Shown here: in pieces, positions 1-13,438 of the stretch
Layout of the letters: every line of letters begins with the position of its first letter
How positions within the stretch are numbered: position 1 is the stretch's first letter
NCBI RefSeq assembly: GCF_964204645.1
Contig: NC_134025.1
Span: 930,001-994,000 of the forward strand
Direction: 5' to 3'
DNA: 64,000 bases
Origin: Tubulanus polymorphus
Lineage: Eukaryota > Animalia > Nemertea
Notes under the pieces: model-generated
Database searches by the model: none
Seen by the model: only the letters and a program-made list of their open reading frames with translations
What the model was told of the DNA's origin: nothing
Made by a program: the position numbers and the translations under genes

Positions 1-315
1 ACAATCATCTCATTGATTGTGCATACTTCCCCTCACTGGTTGGTACTTCATTGGTTGCAGCTATGAACAATCATCTCATTGATTGTGCATATTTCCCCTC
101 ACTGGTTGGTACTTCATTGGTTGCAGCTATGAACAATCATCTCATTGATTGTGCTTACTTTCCCCTCACTGGTTGGTACTTCATTGGTTGCAGCTATGAA
201 CAATCATCTCATTGATTGTGCATACTTTCTCCTCACTGGTTGCAGTTCACTCCATTGGTTGCAGCTATGAAAAATCATCTCATTGATTGTGCATACTTCC
301 TCTCACTGGTTTGCA
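1..315. repeat. Tandem repeat, 66-67 bp unit, ~4.5 copies (runs off the left edge)
   Basis: The unit acaatcatctcattgattgtgcatacttcccctcactggttggtacttcattggttgcagctatga starts at 1, 67, 133, 200 and ~271. Confidence 0.95.
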
Positions 316-1789
316 GTTTGCAGCTTTGGTTTGATGATGATAAATGCTGGTTTTATCATTGGCTCTATGCGAACAGTTATCAAAATGTTTGAAGCCTTTG
401 CCAGACATCTTGGGGTTTCGATTGAAATACAGTTTTGTCTCCTCCAGCAAAAGACGTCTTAGATAGGTGTATCGCTACATTTCCTGCAAGACTCCTCTCT
501 CTCCTCTCTCTCCTCTCTCATCACGAAATAAGTAAGACACAGTTGACTGCTGAATCAATTGATAGTAGCGAACGTTTAGTGTTCAGACACAATGAAAGTG
601 TGTAAATTACTGCTAAATCAATTGGTGGTGATAAAAGTTAAGCGCTACAAAACACTGAAAGTGGGTGTCTTGAAACAATGATACATGTAATGAAACATTG
701 ATAGATGTACTGATCTTGTGGTTTGTTCTACCTCCTTCCTCTGCTGCGAGGTGATAAGTCATGTCATTTTTATATACAATATCAAAATCATAGACAATTA
801 AAATCTTGTGGTGGCATGGCTTCTGCTTTTGTTCTCTATAACTCCAGGTAATGGCCTTGCTATGACATCAAACGAGTATCAACTAAAGAAGATACTCCTT
901 TCTTCTCCTTTAAAAACGGCAAATACTGTTGTTTGCTACTATGGCAAATACTGTTGTTTGCTACTGCATGTTGCTCATTCCACTCTGTTTAAGGGGTGAT
1001 ATTGAGTTTTGGAGTCTCATCTCCTTCCCTTGCCTTCTTGAATTGTCAAATAGATGTGACTTACAATACTGATTACCACCTTCTTTTAAAACTACATGTT
1101 GCTGATGCTTGCTATCATTCAACTCTGTTTTGGTTTTGATATTGAGTTTAAAACGTTGTGTTAGGTGTACATGCCTCCTCTCTCTCCTCTCTCATCAACA
1201 ATTAAATAGACACTCATTGTTTGAATACCTTTAGTTTTTTGCTGTGGTTTCCTCAATAGAAAAGTTTGAAATTGCTCATTGGTTGCGGCGCATTTCAAAC
1301 TATGATAAAGGGGAAATGTTTAAAACACTGAAAGTTGGTAAATTACTGTTGAATGAGTTGATAGTGATGAAAATTAAGTGTTAAAAACATCGTAAGTGGG
1401 TAAATTATTGCTAAATCAATATCTCTTCTTGCCTTCTTCAAATGTCAAAAAGAAATGACATTTACTGAATTTTCAGTGACTTACAACATTTATTGCTGCT
1501 TTATTCAAATACTGTTCATTGCTGACTGCGTGATGATTATTACCCTCTGTCTTAGGGGTGATAATGAGAGTTGTATTTCTGTCCCTTACCTTCTTGAATT
1601 ATTACATTAAACATTATTACATTATTACGTTATTAGATTACACATTATGAACATCTAAAAAACTCGCAAGTTCCTTCTCCATGTTTAATCATTGCACTCT
1701 GTTTAGGGGTGATATTGAATGACTTGATGTAGTTGTTTTGCTGTGGTTTCCAGAATAGGATTGATTGAAATTCCTCGTTTAGTGTTCAA

Positions 1790-2970
1790 AAACACTGAAA
1801 TTGGGTTAATTACTACGCAATCATTTGGTGGTGATGAAAGATAAGTGTTACAAAACACTGGATGAATTACTGCTAAATCATTTGGTGGTGATGAAAGTTA
1901 AGTGTTACAAAACACTGAGGGTGAATTACTGCTAAATCATTTGGTGGTGATGAAAGTTAAGTGTTACAAAACACTGAGGGTGAATTACTGCTAAGTCATT
2001 TGGTGGTGATGAATGTTTTAGTGTTACAAAACACTGGATGAATTACTGCTAAATCAATTGGGGGTGATGAAAGTTAAGTGTTACAAAACACTGAGGGTGA
2101 ATTACTGCTAAATCAATTGGTGGTGATGAATGTTAAGTGTTACAAAACACTGAGGGTGAATTACTGCTTAGTCATTTGGTGGTGATGAAAGTTAAGTGTT
2201 ACAAAACACTGAGGGTGAATTACTGCTAAATCATTTGGTGGTGATGAAAGTTAAGTGTTACAAAACACTGAGGGTGAATTACTGCTAAGTCATTTGGTGG
2301 TGATGAAAGTTAAGTGTTACAAAACACTGAGGGTGAATTACTGCTAAATCAATTGGCGGTGATGAATGTTAAGTGTTACAAAACACTGAGGGTGAATTAC
2401 TGCTAAGTCATTTGGTGGTGATGAAAGTTAAGTGTTACAAAACACTGAGGGTGAATTACTGCTAAGTCATTTGGTGGTGATGAATGTTAAGTGTTACAAA
2501 ACACTGGATGAATTACTGCTAAATCATTTGGTGGTGATGAAAGTTAAGTGTTACAAAACACTGAGGGTGAATTACTGCTAAGTCATTTGGTGGTGATGAA
2601 AGTTAAGTGTTACAAAACACTGAGGGTGAATTACTGCTAAATCAATTGGCGGTGATGAATGTTAAGTGTTACAAAACACTGAGGGTGAATTACTGCTAAG
2701 TCATTTGGTGGTGATGAATGTTAAGTGTTACAAAACACTGGATGAATTACTGCTAAATCAATTGGCGGTGACGAAAGTTAAAAGTTACAAAACACTGGAT
2801 GAATTACTGCTAAATCATTTGGTGGTGATAAGAGTTAAGTGTTACAAAACACTGAGGGTGAATTACTGCTAAATCAATTGGTGGTGCTGAAAGTTAAGTG
2901 TTACAAAACACTGAGGGTGAATTACTGCTAAATCATTTGGTGGTGATGAAAGCTAAGTGTTACAAACACT
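1790..2970. repeat. Satellite A, 60/57 bp monomer, ~19 copies
   Basis: gttacaaaacactgagggtgaattactgctaaatcatttggtggtgatgaaagttaagt repeated head to tail; the 57-bp variant reads acactggatgaatt. Confidence 0.95.
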
Positions 2971-4010
2971 GATACACTCTGTATTGGGGTGATATTGAGC
3001 GCAGGAGTCTCCTCCTTCCTTCTTCAACTGTCATGTAGAAACGTGACAAACAAACTGAATTGTCAGTGTGTTACAACACTGATGACCTCCTTTAATACTG
3101 CTGCTTGCTGCTGGGTGTTAATTCTTACCTCCTTCCCTTAACATCTTGAATTATTACATTAAACATTATTACAATAAAAATTATTACATTAAACATTGTA
3201 ACATCATGAATCATCCTTAAATACTGCTGCTTGCTGCTGGCTCTGCGTTGGGGTGATATTGAGTGCAGGAGTCTTCTCCTTCCTTCTTCAACTGTCATGT
3301 AGAAACGTGACAAACAAACTGAATTGTCAGTGTGTTACAACACTGATGGCCTCCTTTAATACTGCTGCTTGCTGCTGGGTGTTAATTCTTACCTCCTTCC
3401 CTTAACATCTTGAATTATTACATTAAACATTATTACAATTAAAATTATTACATTAAACATTATAACATCATGAATCATCCTCCTTAAATACTGCTGCTTG
3501 CTGCTTGCTGCTCTGTTTTGGGGTGATATTGAGTGCAGGAGTCTTCTCCTTCCTTCTTCAACTGTCATGTAGAAACGTGGACAAACAAACTGAATTGTCA
3601 GTGTGTTACAACACTGATGACCTCCTTTAATACTGCTGCTTGCTGCTGGGTGTTAATTGATACACTCTGTTTTGGGGTGATATTGAGTGCAGGAGTCTCC
3701 TCCTTCCTTCAACTGTCATGTAGAAACGTGACAAACAAACTGAATTGTCAGTGTGTTACAACACTGATAACCTCCTCTAATACTGCTGCTTGCTGCTGGA
3801 TGTTAATTAATACACTCTGTTTTGGGGTGATATTGAGTGCAGGAGTCTCCTCCTTCCTTCTTCAACTGTCATGTAGAAACGTGACAAACAAACTGAATTG
3901 TCAGTGTGTTACAACACTGATAACCTCCTTTAATACTGCTGCTTGCTGCTGGGTGTTAATTAATACACTCTGTTATGGGGTGATATTGAGTTTTGGCGAG
4001 TTTTGCTTCC
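2971..4010. repeat. Satellite B, 150/153 bp monomer, some units with an AT-rich insert
   Basis: Unit gatacactctgttttggggtgatattgagtgcaggagtctcc...gctgctgggtgttaatt, e.g. starts near 3660, 3810 and 3963. Confidence 0.93.
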
Positions 4011-4019
4011 TGAACGTCC

Positions 4020-5248
4020 TAATTACGACTTAACGTTTTAAATGTATAGATATTCAAAACAGCTATCCATCGATAGCTTTGTGGTGGTTGAATCATTGAA
4101 ATGTCGCTGGTGTTAGTTATTTGTATATATTGTAATATATGTCAGTGAAATGGGATTGATTATGTTCCCTGATCATCCTTATTGCGACTTAACGTTTTAA
4201 ATGTATAAATATTCAATACAGCTATCCATTGATAGCTTTGTGGTGGTTGAATCATTGAAATGTCACTGGTGTTGGTTCATTGTATATATTGTAATATATG
4301 ATGGTGAAATGGGATTGATCATGTTTTGTGATCATCCTTATTGCGACTTAACGTTTTAAATGTATAAATATTCAATACAGCTATCCATCGATAGCTTTGT
4401 GGTGGTTGAATCATTGAAATGTCGCTGGTGTTGGTTCTGTGTATATATTGTAATATATATCAGTGAAATGGGATTGATCATGTTTTGTGATCATCCTTAT
4501 TGCGACTTTACGTTTTAAGTATATAAATATTTAAAACAGCTATCCATCGATAGCTTTGTGGTGGTTGAATCTTTGAAATATCGCTGGTGTTGGTTCATTG
4601 TATATATTGTAATATATGATGGTGAAATGGGATTGATCATGTTTTGTGATCATCCTTATTGCGACTTAACGTTTTAAATGTATAAATATTCAATACAGCT
4701 ATCCATCGATAGCTTTGTGGTGGTTGAATCATTGAAATGTCGCTGGTGTTGGTTCTGTGTATATATTGTAATATATATCAGTGAAATGGGATTGATCATG
4801 TTTTGTGATCATCCTTATTGCGACTTTACGTTTTAAGTATATAAATATTTAAAACAGCTATCCATCGATAGCTTTGTGGTGGTTGAATCATTGAAATGTC
4901 GCTGGTGTTGGTTCATTGTATATATTGTAATATATGATGGTGAAATGGGATTGATCATGTTTTGTGATCATCCTTATTGCGACTTAACGTTTTAAATGTA
5001 TAAATATTCAAAACAGCTATCCATCGATAGCTTTGTGGTGGTTGAATCATTGAAATATCGCTGGTGTTGGTTCATTGTATATATTGTAATATATGATGGT
5101 GAAATGGGATTGATCATGTTTTGTGATCATCCTTATTGCGACTTAACGTTTTAAATGTATAAATATTCAAAACAGCTATCCATCGATAGCTTTGTGGTGG
5201 TTGAATCATTGAAATATCGCTGGTGTTGGTTCTGTGTATATATTGTAT
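4020..5248. repeat. Satellite C, 159 bp monomer, ~7.7 copies
   Basis: attgcgact recurs at 4181, 4340, 4499, 4658, 4817, 4976 and 5135, an exact 159 bp period. Confidence 0.95.
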
Positions 5249-5344
5249 CAGCAAATTATTATCATATTACTGATTTTAAAAGTGTTATACTCAAATATGC
5301 TATTGTTTGATAGCTTCACTTTGGTTCCTTGCATCTGAAAGTTG

Positions 5345-6890
5345 TTAACTGTCATGTAGAAACGTGACAAACAAACTGAATTTTCAATGTGTTTCAACAC
5401 TGATGACCTCCTTTAATACTGCTGCTTGCTGCTGGGTGTTAATTGATACACTCTGTTTTGGGGTGATATTGAGTGCAGGAGTCTCCTCCTTCCTTCTTCA
5501 ACTGTCATGTAGAAACATGACAAACAAACTAAATGGACAGTGCGGTACAACACTTGTCTCCTTTAATACTGCTGCTTGGTGCAGCGTGTTAATTCTTACC
5601 TCCTTCCCTTAACTTCTTGAATTATTATATTAAACATTATTACAATAAAAATTATTACATTAAACATTATAACATCATGAATCATCCTCCTTAAATACTG
5701 CTGCTTGCTGCTGGGTGTTAATTCTTACCTCCTTCCCTTAACTTCTTGAATTATTATATTAAACATTATTACAATAAAAATTATTACATTAAACATTATA
5801 ACATCATGAATCATCCTTAAATACTGCTGCTTGCTGCTGCTCTGTTTTGGGGTGATATTGAGTTCAGGAGTCTTCTCCTTCCTTCTTCAACTGTCATGTA
5901 GAAACGTGACAAACAAACTGAATTGTCAGTGTGTTACAACACTGATGACCTCCTTTAATGCTGCTGCTTGCTGCTGGGTGTTAATTAATACACTCTGTTT
6001 TGGGGTGATATTGAGTGCAGGAGTCTTCTCCTTCCTTCTTCAACTGTCATGTAGAAACGTGACAAACAAACTGAATTGTCAGTGTGTTACAACACTGATG
6101 GCCTCCTTTAATACTGCTGCTTGCTGCAGCGTGTTAATTCTTACCTCCTTCCCTTAACATCTTGAATTATTACATTAAACATTATTACAATTAAAATTAT
6201 TACATTAAACATTATAACATCATGAATCATCCTCCTTAAATACTGCTGCTTGCTGCTGGCTCTGTTTTGGGGTGATATTGAGTGCAGGAGTCTTCTCCTT
6301 CCTTCTTCAACTGTCATGTAGAAACGTGACAAACAAACTGAATTGTCAGTGTGTTACAAGACTGATGACCTCCTTTAATACTGCTGCTTGCTGCTGGGTG
6401 TTAATTGATACACTCTGTTTTGGGGTGATATTGAGTGCAGGAGTCTCCTCCTTCCTTCAACTGTCATGTAGAAACGTGACAAACAAACTGAATTGTCAGT
6501 GTGTTACAACACTGATAACCTCCTCTAATACTGCTGCTTGCTGCTGGATGTTAATCAATACACTCTGTTCAGGGGTGATATTGAGTTCAGGAGTCTCCTT
6601 CCTTCTTCCACTGTCATGTAGAAACGTGACTAACAAACTGAATTATCAGTGTGTTACAACACGGATGACCTCCTTTAATACTGCTGCTTGCTGCTGGGTG
6701 TTAATTAATACACGCTGTATTGGGGTGATATTGAGTGCAGGAGTCTCCTCCTTCCTTCTTCAACTGTCATGTAGAAACGTGACAAACAAACTGAATTGTC
6801 AGTGTGTTACAACACTGATAACCTCCTTTAATACTGCTGCTTGCTGCTGGGTGTTAATTAATACACTCTGTTATGGGGTGATATTGAGTT
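5345..6890. repeat. Satellite B, second block
   Basis: Same monomer as 2971-4010. It ends in the same B-to-C junction (gagttttggcgagttttgcttcctgaacgtcc) seen near 3990. Confidence 0.93.
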
Positions 6891-6917
6891 TTGGCGAGTT
6901 TTGCTTCCTGAACGTCC

Positions 6918-7995
6918 TAATTACGACTTAACGTTTTAAATGTATAGATATTCAAAACAGCTATCCATCGATAGCTTTGTGGTGGTTGAATCATTGAAAT
7001 GTCGCTGGTGTTGGTTAATTGTATATATTGTAATATATGATGGTGAAATGGGATTGATTATGTTTCCTGATCATCCTTATTGCGACTTAACGTTTTAAAT
7101 GTATAAATATTCAAAACAGCTATCCATCGATAGCTTTGTGGTGGTTGAATCATTGAAATGTCACTGGTGTTGGTTATTTGTATATATTGTAATATATGTC
7201 AGTGAAATGGGATTGATTATGTTCCCTGATCATCCTTATTGCGACTTAACGTTTTAAATGTATAAATATTCAAAACAGCTATCCATCGATAGCTTTGTGG
7301 TGGTTGAATCTTTGAAATATCGCTGGTGTTGGTTCTGTGTATATATTGTAATATATGTCAGTGAAATGGGATTGATTATGTTTCCTGATCGTCCTTATTG
7401 CGACTTTACGTTTTAAGTATATAAATATTTAAAACAGCTATCCATCGATAGCTTTGTGGTGGTTGAATCATTGAAATGTCGCTGGTGTCGGTTATTTGTA
7501 TATATTGTAATATATGCCGGTGAATTGGGATTGATTATGTTTCCTGATCATCCTCATTGTGACTTAACGTTTTAAATGTATGAATATTCAAAGCAGATAT
7601 CCATTGATAGCTTTGTGGTGGTTGAATCTTTGAAATATCGCTGGTGTTGGTTCTTTGTATATATTGTAATATATGTCGGTGAAATGGGATTGATCATGTT
7701 TTGTGATCATCCTTATTGCGACTTAACGTTTTGAATGTATAAATATTCAAAACAGCTATCCATCGATAGCTTTGTGGTGGTTGAATCATTGAAATGTCGC
7801 TGGTGTCGGTTATTTGTATATATTGTAATATATGCCGGTGAATTGGGATTGATTATGTTTCCTGATCATCCTCATTGTGACTTAACGTTTTAAATGTATG
7901 AATATTCAAAGCAGATATCCATTGATAGCTTTGTGGTGGTTGTATTATTGAAATATCGCTGGTGTTGGTTTTGTGTATATAATGATATATATGTC
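6918..7995. repeat. Satellite C, second block, ~6.7 copies
   Basis: Same 159 bp monomer as 4020-5248. Confidence 0.93.
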
Positions 7996-7997
7996 AG

Positions 7998-8790
7998 TCA
8001 ATTGGTGGTGATGAAAGTTAGTTAAGTGTTACAAAACACTGTGGTTGAATTACTGCTAAATAGATTGGTGGTGATAAGAGTAAAGTGTTACAAAACACTG
8101 TGGGTAGATTACTGCTAAATCAATTGGTGGTGATGAAAGTTAAGTGTTACAAAACACTGAGGGTGAATTACTGCTAAGTCATTTGGTGGTGATGAAAGTT
8201 AAGTGTTACAAAACACTGAGGGTGAATTACTGCTAAGTCATTTGGTGGTGATGAATGTTAAGTGTTACAAAACACTGGATGAATTACTGCTAAATCATTT
8301 GGTGGTGATGAAAGTTAAGTGTTACAAAACACTGAGGGTGAATTACTGCTAAGTCATTTGGTGGTGATGAAAGTTAAGTGTTACAAAACACTGAGGGTGA
8401 ATTACTGCTAAATCAATTGGCGGTGATGAATGTTAAGTGTTACAAAACACTGAGGGTGAATTACTGCTAAGTCATTTGGTGGTGATGAAAGTTAAGTGTT
8501 ACAAAACACTGAGGGTGAATTACTGCTAAGTCATTTGGTGGTGATGAATGTTAAGTGTTACAAAACACTGGATGAATTACTGCTAAATCAATTGGCGGTG
8601 ACGAAAGTTAAAAGTTACAAAACACTGGATGAATTACTGCTAAATCATTTGGTGGTGATAAGAGTTAAGTGTTACAAAACACTGAGGGTGAATTACTGCT
8701 AAATCAATTGGTGGTGATGAAAGTTTAGTGTTACAAAACACTGTTGGTGATTTACTGCTAAATCAATGATAATGATGAAAGTTTAGTGTT
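7998..8790. repeat. Satellite A, second block
   Basis: Same 60/57 bp monomer. The order of variants matches part of the first block: identical 68-aa spurious ORFs at 2666 and 8496. Confidence 0.93.
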
Positions 8791-9149
8791 GAAATTGAGA
8801 TTTAGTGATCCCTCCCTTCCCCTCTTGAATTGTCAAGTTAATTGTGCCATAAACTGAATTGTAAGTGACTTAAGGCTGGGGTGATATTGAGGTTTAATGC
8901 CTTCCCACCTTTCTCTTCTTGAATTGACAATTAAATTGTGACATAAACTGAATTGTTAGTGACTTGATTATATTACTCCACTTAAGGAGTGATAAAATTG
9001 TCGGCGTCTAAACTCTGATGATGAGGTAAACCAGTTTCTAAGTCTGTGAGCCGACAGTGTAAAAAACTGTTAGAATTCAAATTGCTTTAAGCATCTTCAG
9101 AAAGATGGTCGATCACTGGTAAACACTGGTGAAAACAAGTGACATCTCA

Positions 9150-9280
9150 ATTTGCACGTGCCGTCCCAATTTACACTTGATATCCCAATTTGCACTTGAT
9201 GTCTCACTTTGCACTTGACGTCCCACTTTGCACTTGACGTCTCACTCTGCACTTGACGTCTCACTTTGCACTTGCATCAA
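9150..9280. repeat. Minisatellite, ~19 bp unit (ttgcacttgacgtctcact)
   Basis: About 6 degenerate tandem copies. Confidence 0.8.
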
Positions 9281-9589
9281 TTGCACTAAACAGCACTGGC
9301 ACACCCGCGGGTCCATGCGCATAGTTAGCAAATCGATCAGCATGCAGCATGCCATCTTTGTGTGTGGAAAGAATTTAGCTGGGAGGAATGTATTATTTGT
9401 ATCATTCCTTGTACAATCTCAAATGTTACGATTATGTAAAGATAAACATAATATCAATTTTATGATGGTAAAAATATCAAAATGTCAAATAATTAAATAT
9501 CAATTTGTAAAACGAGAGGAAAGAGAAAGATGAAAGTACCAGAAAGAGAAGTGTTGGATTGGTGTCTGTTGTCAGCAGAAATCTGAGGT

Positions 9590-11304
9590 ACTTTACTGAG
9601 GAATCTCTACTCCCCAAACAGAGAGTTCAAGATGATACTGAAAGTTCCTGAGGTTCTTTTCACTAAGTAAAGACTATTAATCAGGTATAGTATAAATTGC
9701 TATAAATTTCTTTGTAGATAAGAATGTTCTCAACTAGGACGGTAAGTTAGTATTACATGTATTTCATATTTCCCTGTTGTAGCGTGTATTGATTTGGTCA
9801 TCAAGTACAAAATACCAAACGATTGACAGGAAACATCCAGGATTGTTCCAGTTGTTGTTGAGAAATGTTTAAGTGTCACGATCAAGTCTGAATTGACTAT
9901 GAATCAGGTAAAATTGTACTTGATATGAACTTCTTTGCTGGAACAGTTGACTTAAAGAAGATGGTTATGTTTATTTTATGTACTTTTGTTGTAGCCAGTG
10001 GACTGTTGTTGTAAGAGATGCTCAAAATCAGAGGAAAGGAAACATCAGAGTTCAGGAAGTGTTGAGCAAATTCCTCAAGGTCCGAGTCATGAATCTGAAT
10101 TGACTATAAAGCAGGTATAATTGAAATTTATTTTTAAGAAGAGTCTCAAAAATGATATCATTATAAATATTTTGTCTGTGTAGTATTGAGCTTGTGGTTG
10201 GCCGTAGAATATCAGATGACAGGAAAAGATCAGATCAGAGATGCTGACAAATTTCTCCGTCAATTCGGGACATCTTTCAGTGTTTGTACCCAGAAATCGA
10301 AATACGGAATCTCCACATCAAACAGAAAGTTCAAGAAGATACGAAAAGTTGCTGAAGTTCTGAGCAATTTCTCTTCTAAGTCGTGTGTCTAAATTGACTA
10401 TTAATCAGGTAAAATTGAACTTGAATTTCTTTGCAGGAACAGTCGTCTCAATGAAACTGGTTACTTTTATGTATTTTTGTTGTAGCCAGTGGACTGTTTT
10501 TGTAAGAGATGCTCAAAACCAGAGGAAAACATCAGAGTTTAGGAAGAATTGAGCAAATTCCTCAAGGTCCGAGTCATAAATCTGAATTGACTATAAATCA
10601 GGTAAAATTGAAATTAGATGAATTTTTGTTTTTATGAAGAGTCTTATGAAAGAAAATCACAGTTTATTTAGTACATTGTTGTTGTAGTTAGTATTGAGTT
10701 ATTCGTCACACAATACCAGATATCAAGATGGAAACGATACCGATGATGAGGATTAATTTCCTCATGAAAAACCTAAGAGTCATGTGTCTGAATCTACTAA
10801 AAAGCAGGTTGGTTGAAATTTACTTTGAAGAAGTCTCAAAAATGATATCATTATTCATATTTTGTGTTTTCACATTGTAGCACATGTATTGAGCTTGTGG
10901 TTGGCTGTAGAATATCAGACGACGTGAAAAGATCAGATTAGAGATGCCGACCAATTTCTCTGTCAAATCGGAACTTTCAGTGATTGTTACCACGAGTTAG
11001 CGCAGTTCCGTAGATGCCGACCAAGTTCTCCGTCAATTCGGGACTTTCAGTGATTGTTACCACGAGTTAGCGCAGTTCCGTAGATGCCGACCAATTTCTC
11101 CGTCAAATCGGGACTTTCAGTGTTTGTTACCGCGAGTTATCGTAGTTCCAGAGATGCCGACCAATTTCTCTGTGAAATCGGGACTTTCAGTGTTTGTTAC
11201 CGCGAGTTATCGTGGTTCCAGAGATGCCGACCAATTTCTCCAAGGCTGATAGCTTCAGCATAGGTTAAATGTAAATACACATTGTACGTCTATTGAAAAA
11301 TAAA
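9590..11304 (+). ncRNA. Putative spliced non-coding transcript or decayed gene built from tandemly duplicated exon-intron units
   Basis: Six related donors (gactat(t/g/a)aa(t/g)cag|GT) end exons at 9684, 9907, 10114, 10408, 10601 and 10807. Each pairs with a tgtAG acceptor (exon starts 9783, 9995, 10184, 10486, 10688, 10881), giving introns of 69-98 nt. AATAAA at 11299. No continuous ORF. Confidence 0.45.
10943..11240. repeat. Tandem repeat, 70 bp unit, ~4.3 copies
   Basis: gatgccgacc at 10943, 11013, 11083, 11153 and 11223. Confidence 0.92.
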
Positions 11305-12907
11305 TATGAATTGATTGTTTGATTGGCTGGTTTGTTGTTGAATCTGATTGTGGGTTATTAATTACTGATTTGCTGCGACTTTGCGTTTTAAATGCATACA
11401 TTTCAAAGGGCTTCTCTTGATAATTGAGGATGTCAAACTTTGGTTTAGAGTTTTGTTACAGTTATGAATGAATGCACTGTATATGTGGAGATTATGTACT
11501 TGTGACTTTGCGTTTGTTTTTGTAAATACAAATATTTCTTTAAAATGATTGTTTTTGTGTTGCATCTCATTCTGAGGATGTTAAACTCTTAACTCAAGAT
11601 ACTCAGTTTGCTCTTGACTTGTTTGATTATGATATTGATGAATACATTGATTTTATGGTGTTTGATTATCTGTTGAACTATTGTTTATGAATACCATTTG
11701 AACGACTAACCACGAGTTGTTTTAACATCAGTATCATTAGTGGTCAGTTGTTCACTACAAATCGTATGTGTTATTTTTTTTTCTTTATATAATGTACGGT
11801 GGACTCCCTTAACTAGAATCATTTCAAGTCCAGTCACTTTTATCTTGGAGTAATGATTCTCCAAGCTTACATCAACTCGGACATAAAGACATTAAACTAT
11901 TGCATTGAAATTCTTTTATCTGCAGGTGACAATTATCACCTTGTCTTAATTGATTCGAGTTAGTCAAGTCTATTGTACATGGATTCTTTTTTTCTCTGGA
12001 AGTGAATTAAATGAAACGAGACGACAGTTGAACCCCATTAATACGATTGTGTTTAGGACGAAAACCGTTTATTACGATCAGATTTCCAGCATGCCCCGGC
12101 TAATTTACATCGATCCTTATTTTGATAATACGACAATTTCACTTTCAACCATAAGATTTGTATTTAACTAAGGATCCATTGTAAAATGAGGACTTCAAAC
12201 CATTCTCACTGATGTAGAGACTTTCTTTTATTAAAGTTATCAGTCTGATTACTCATGAATTATGCATATATCAATCTGCCGCAGCTTGGCACTACCCTAT
12301 CTGCTGAGGATACTCCAGTACCTACCCATACCCTTCAGACACTCGTTTAGACTTTAGACCTTCTACATAATCTGAAGTACTCGCTCTTCAAAGACAGCTT
12401 GAACCCTCCTCCCACCCCCTTTCAGATAGAATGTCAGGTGTCCAGGCAACAGATCGACACCTTTCTCTTGGCTTGGAGTAATCCAGACCGATCTTGTCTA
12501 GGTCTCAGAGACTTTCAGTTTATTTGACTATTTATGCAGCTATCAACCTGCATTTTGGACACTGATTCCCTGCCATTAATGGAATAATTTATTTGTCTTT
12601 TCGCAATTGTTTCCTTGAATACAGTTTGTTCTACACTGAAAAATAACTGTGTCAGGCTGAAAAATAACTGTGTCAGGTACGAACTCCATCGATAGTTGCT
12701 CGAGCTGTTTCTGATAGGGCCTGATGCTGAAGTAGACTATGAGCTGGGGTGTCCCAGTAATTATTCAGAGTGGTCCTGATGCAGACAAAAAGGACATGTA
12801 AAGGTGTTCTGGGTTCGAACGTAGATACCACTTATACTGGGAATGGTCCTAATGTTGAAATGAAGTTAAATAGGACTGTACGATACAATTATACATATAA
12901 CTATCAT

Positions 12908-13003
12908 CGCCACCTATTGGAATTTCGATAAACTATCAAATAGCTAGAATTAACCGTTGTAAATATTCGTTATGTACCGCATTTCACAAGCGCCATCTAT
13001 CGG
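12908..13003 (-). promoter_or_regulatory. Pair of CTCF-like motifs
   Basis: cgccacctattgg (12908) and gcgccatctatcgg (12990) resemble the reverse CTCF core GCGCCAyCTAGTGG. Confidence 0.45.
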
Positions 13004-13025
13004 AATATGGAATAAAATGTCTATG

Positions 13026-13207
13026 GACTGGTTGCCTGTCCAATTCTGCGCCACCTGCATTCGCAGTCAGGACCAAATTCGGTTTTCGTATCTAGTTATA
13101 GTTCGAAAATCAAGCGCATTCGGTTATTAGTTCCGACCACTTGTCGACTAGATACGAAAACCAGATTTGGCCCTGAATAGCTGAAGGTAGAGACCGGCAA
13201 CCAGTCT
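13026..13207. mobile_element. Degenerate inverted-repeat element (MITE-like)
   Basis: Nested inverted arms gactggttgcc/ggcaaccagtc and ggttttcgtatctag/ctagatacgaaaacc. Confidence 0.6.
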
Positions 13208-13438
13208 AAGGTTCACTATGACGCAATATCAAAGTATTAAAATGTGAACTTCCGGTGGACCGAAAATACAATCAATTCAATTAAACTATATTTCCCCTAA
13301 AAAGCGATCTTGATCTTGATCTTGATATTTTACTGCGTCTATGACCGCGTTGACGCGTATTTGACAATCGGTGACGCAGAGGGTAGACTTGATTGTTAGA
13401 ACGCGGGTTTTGAGGTAACGTTCGTTAGTGGCCTGACC

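Noticed and set aside
2666-8702. Cys-rich and other repeated ORFs in the satellite block (e.g. 3533-4033, 6272-6931)
   Set aside because: Monomer lengths are multiples of 3, so open frames arise trivially. Many starts are non-ATG, the frames are broken by inserts, and I see no gene structure.
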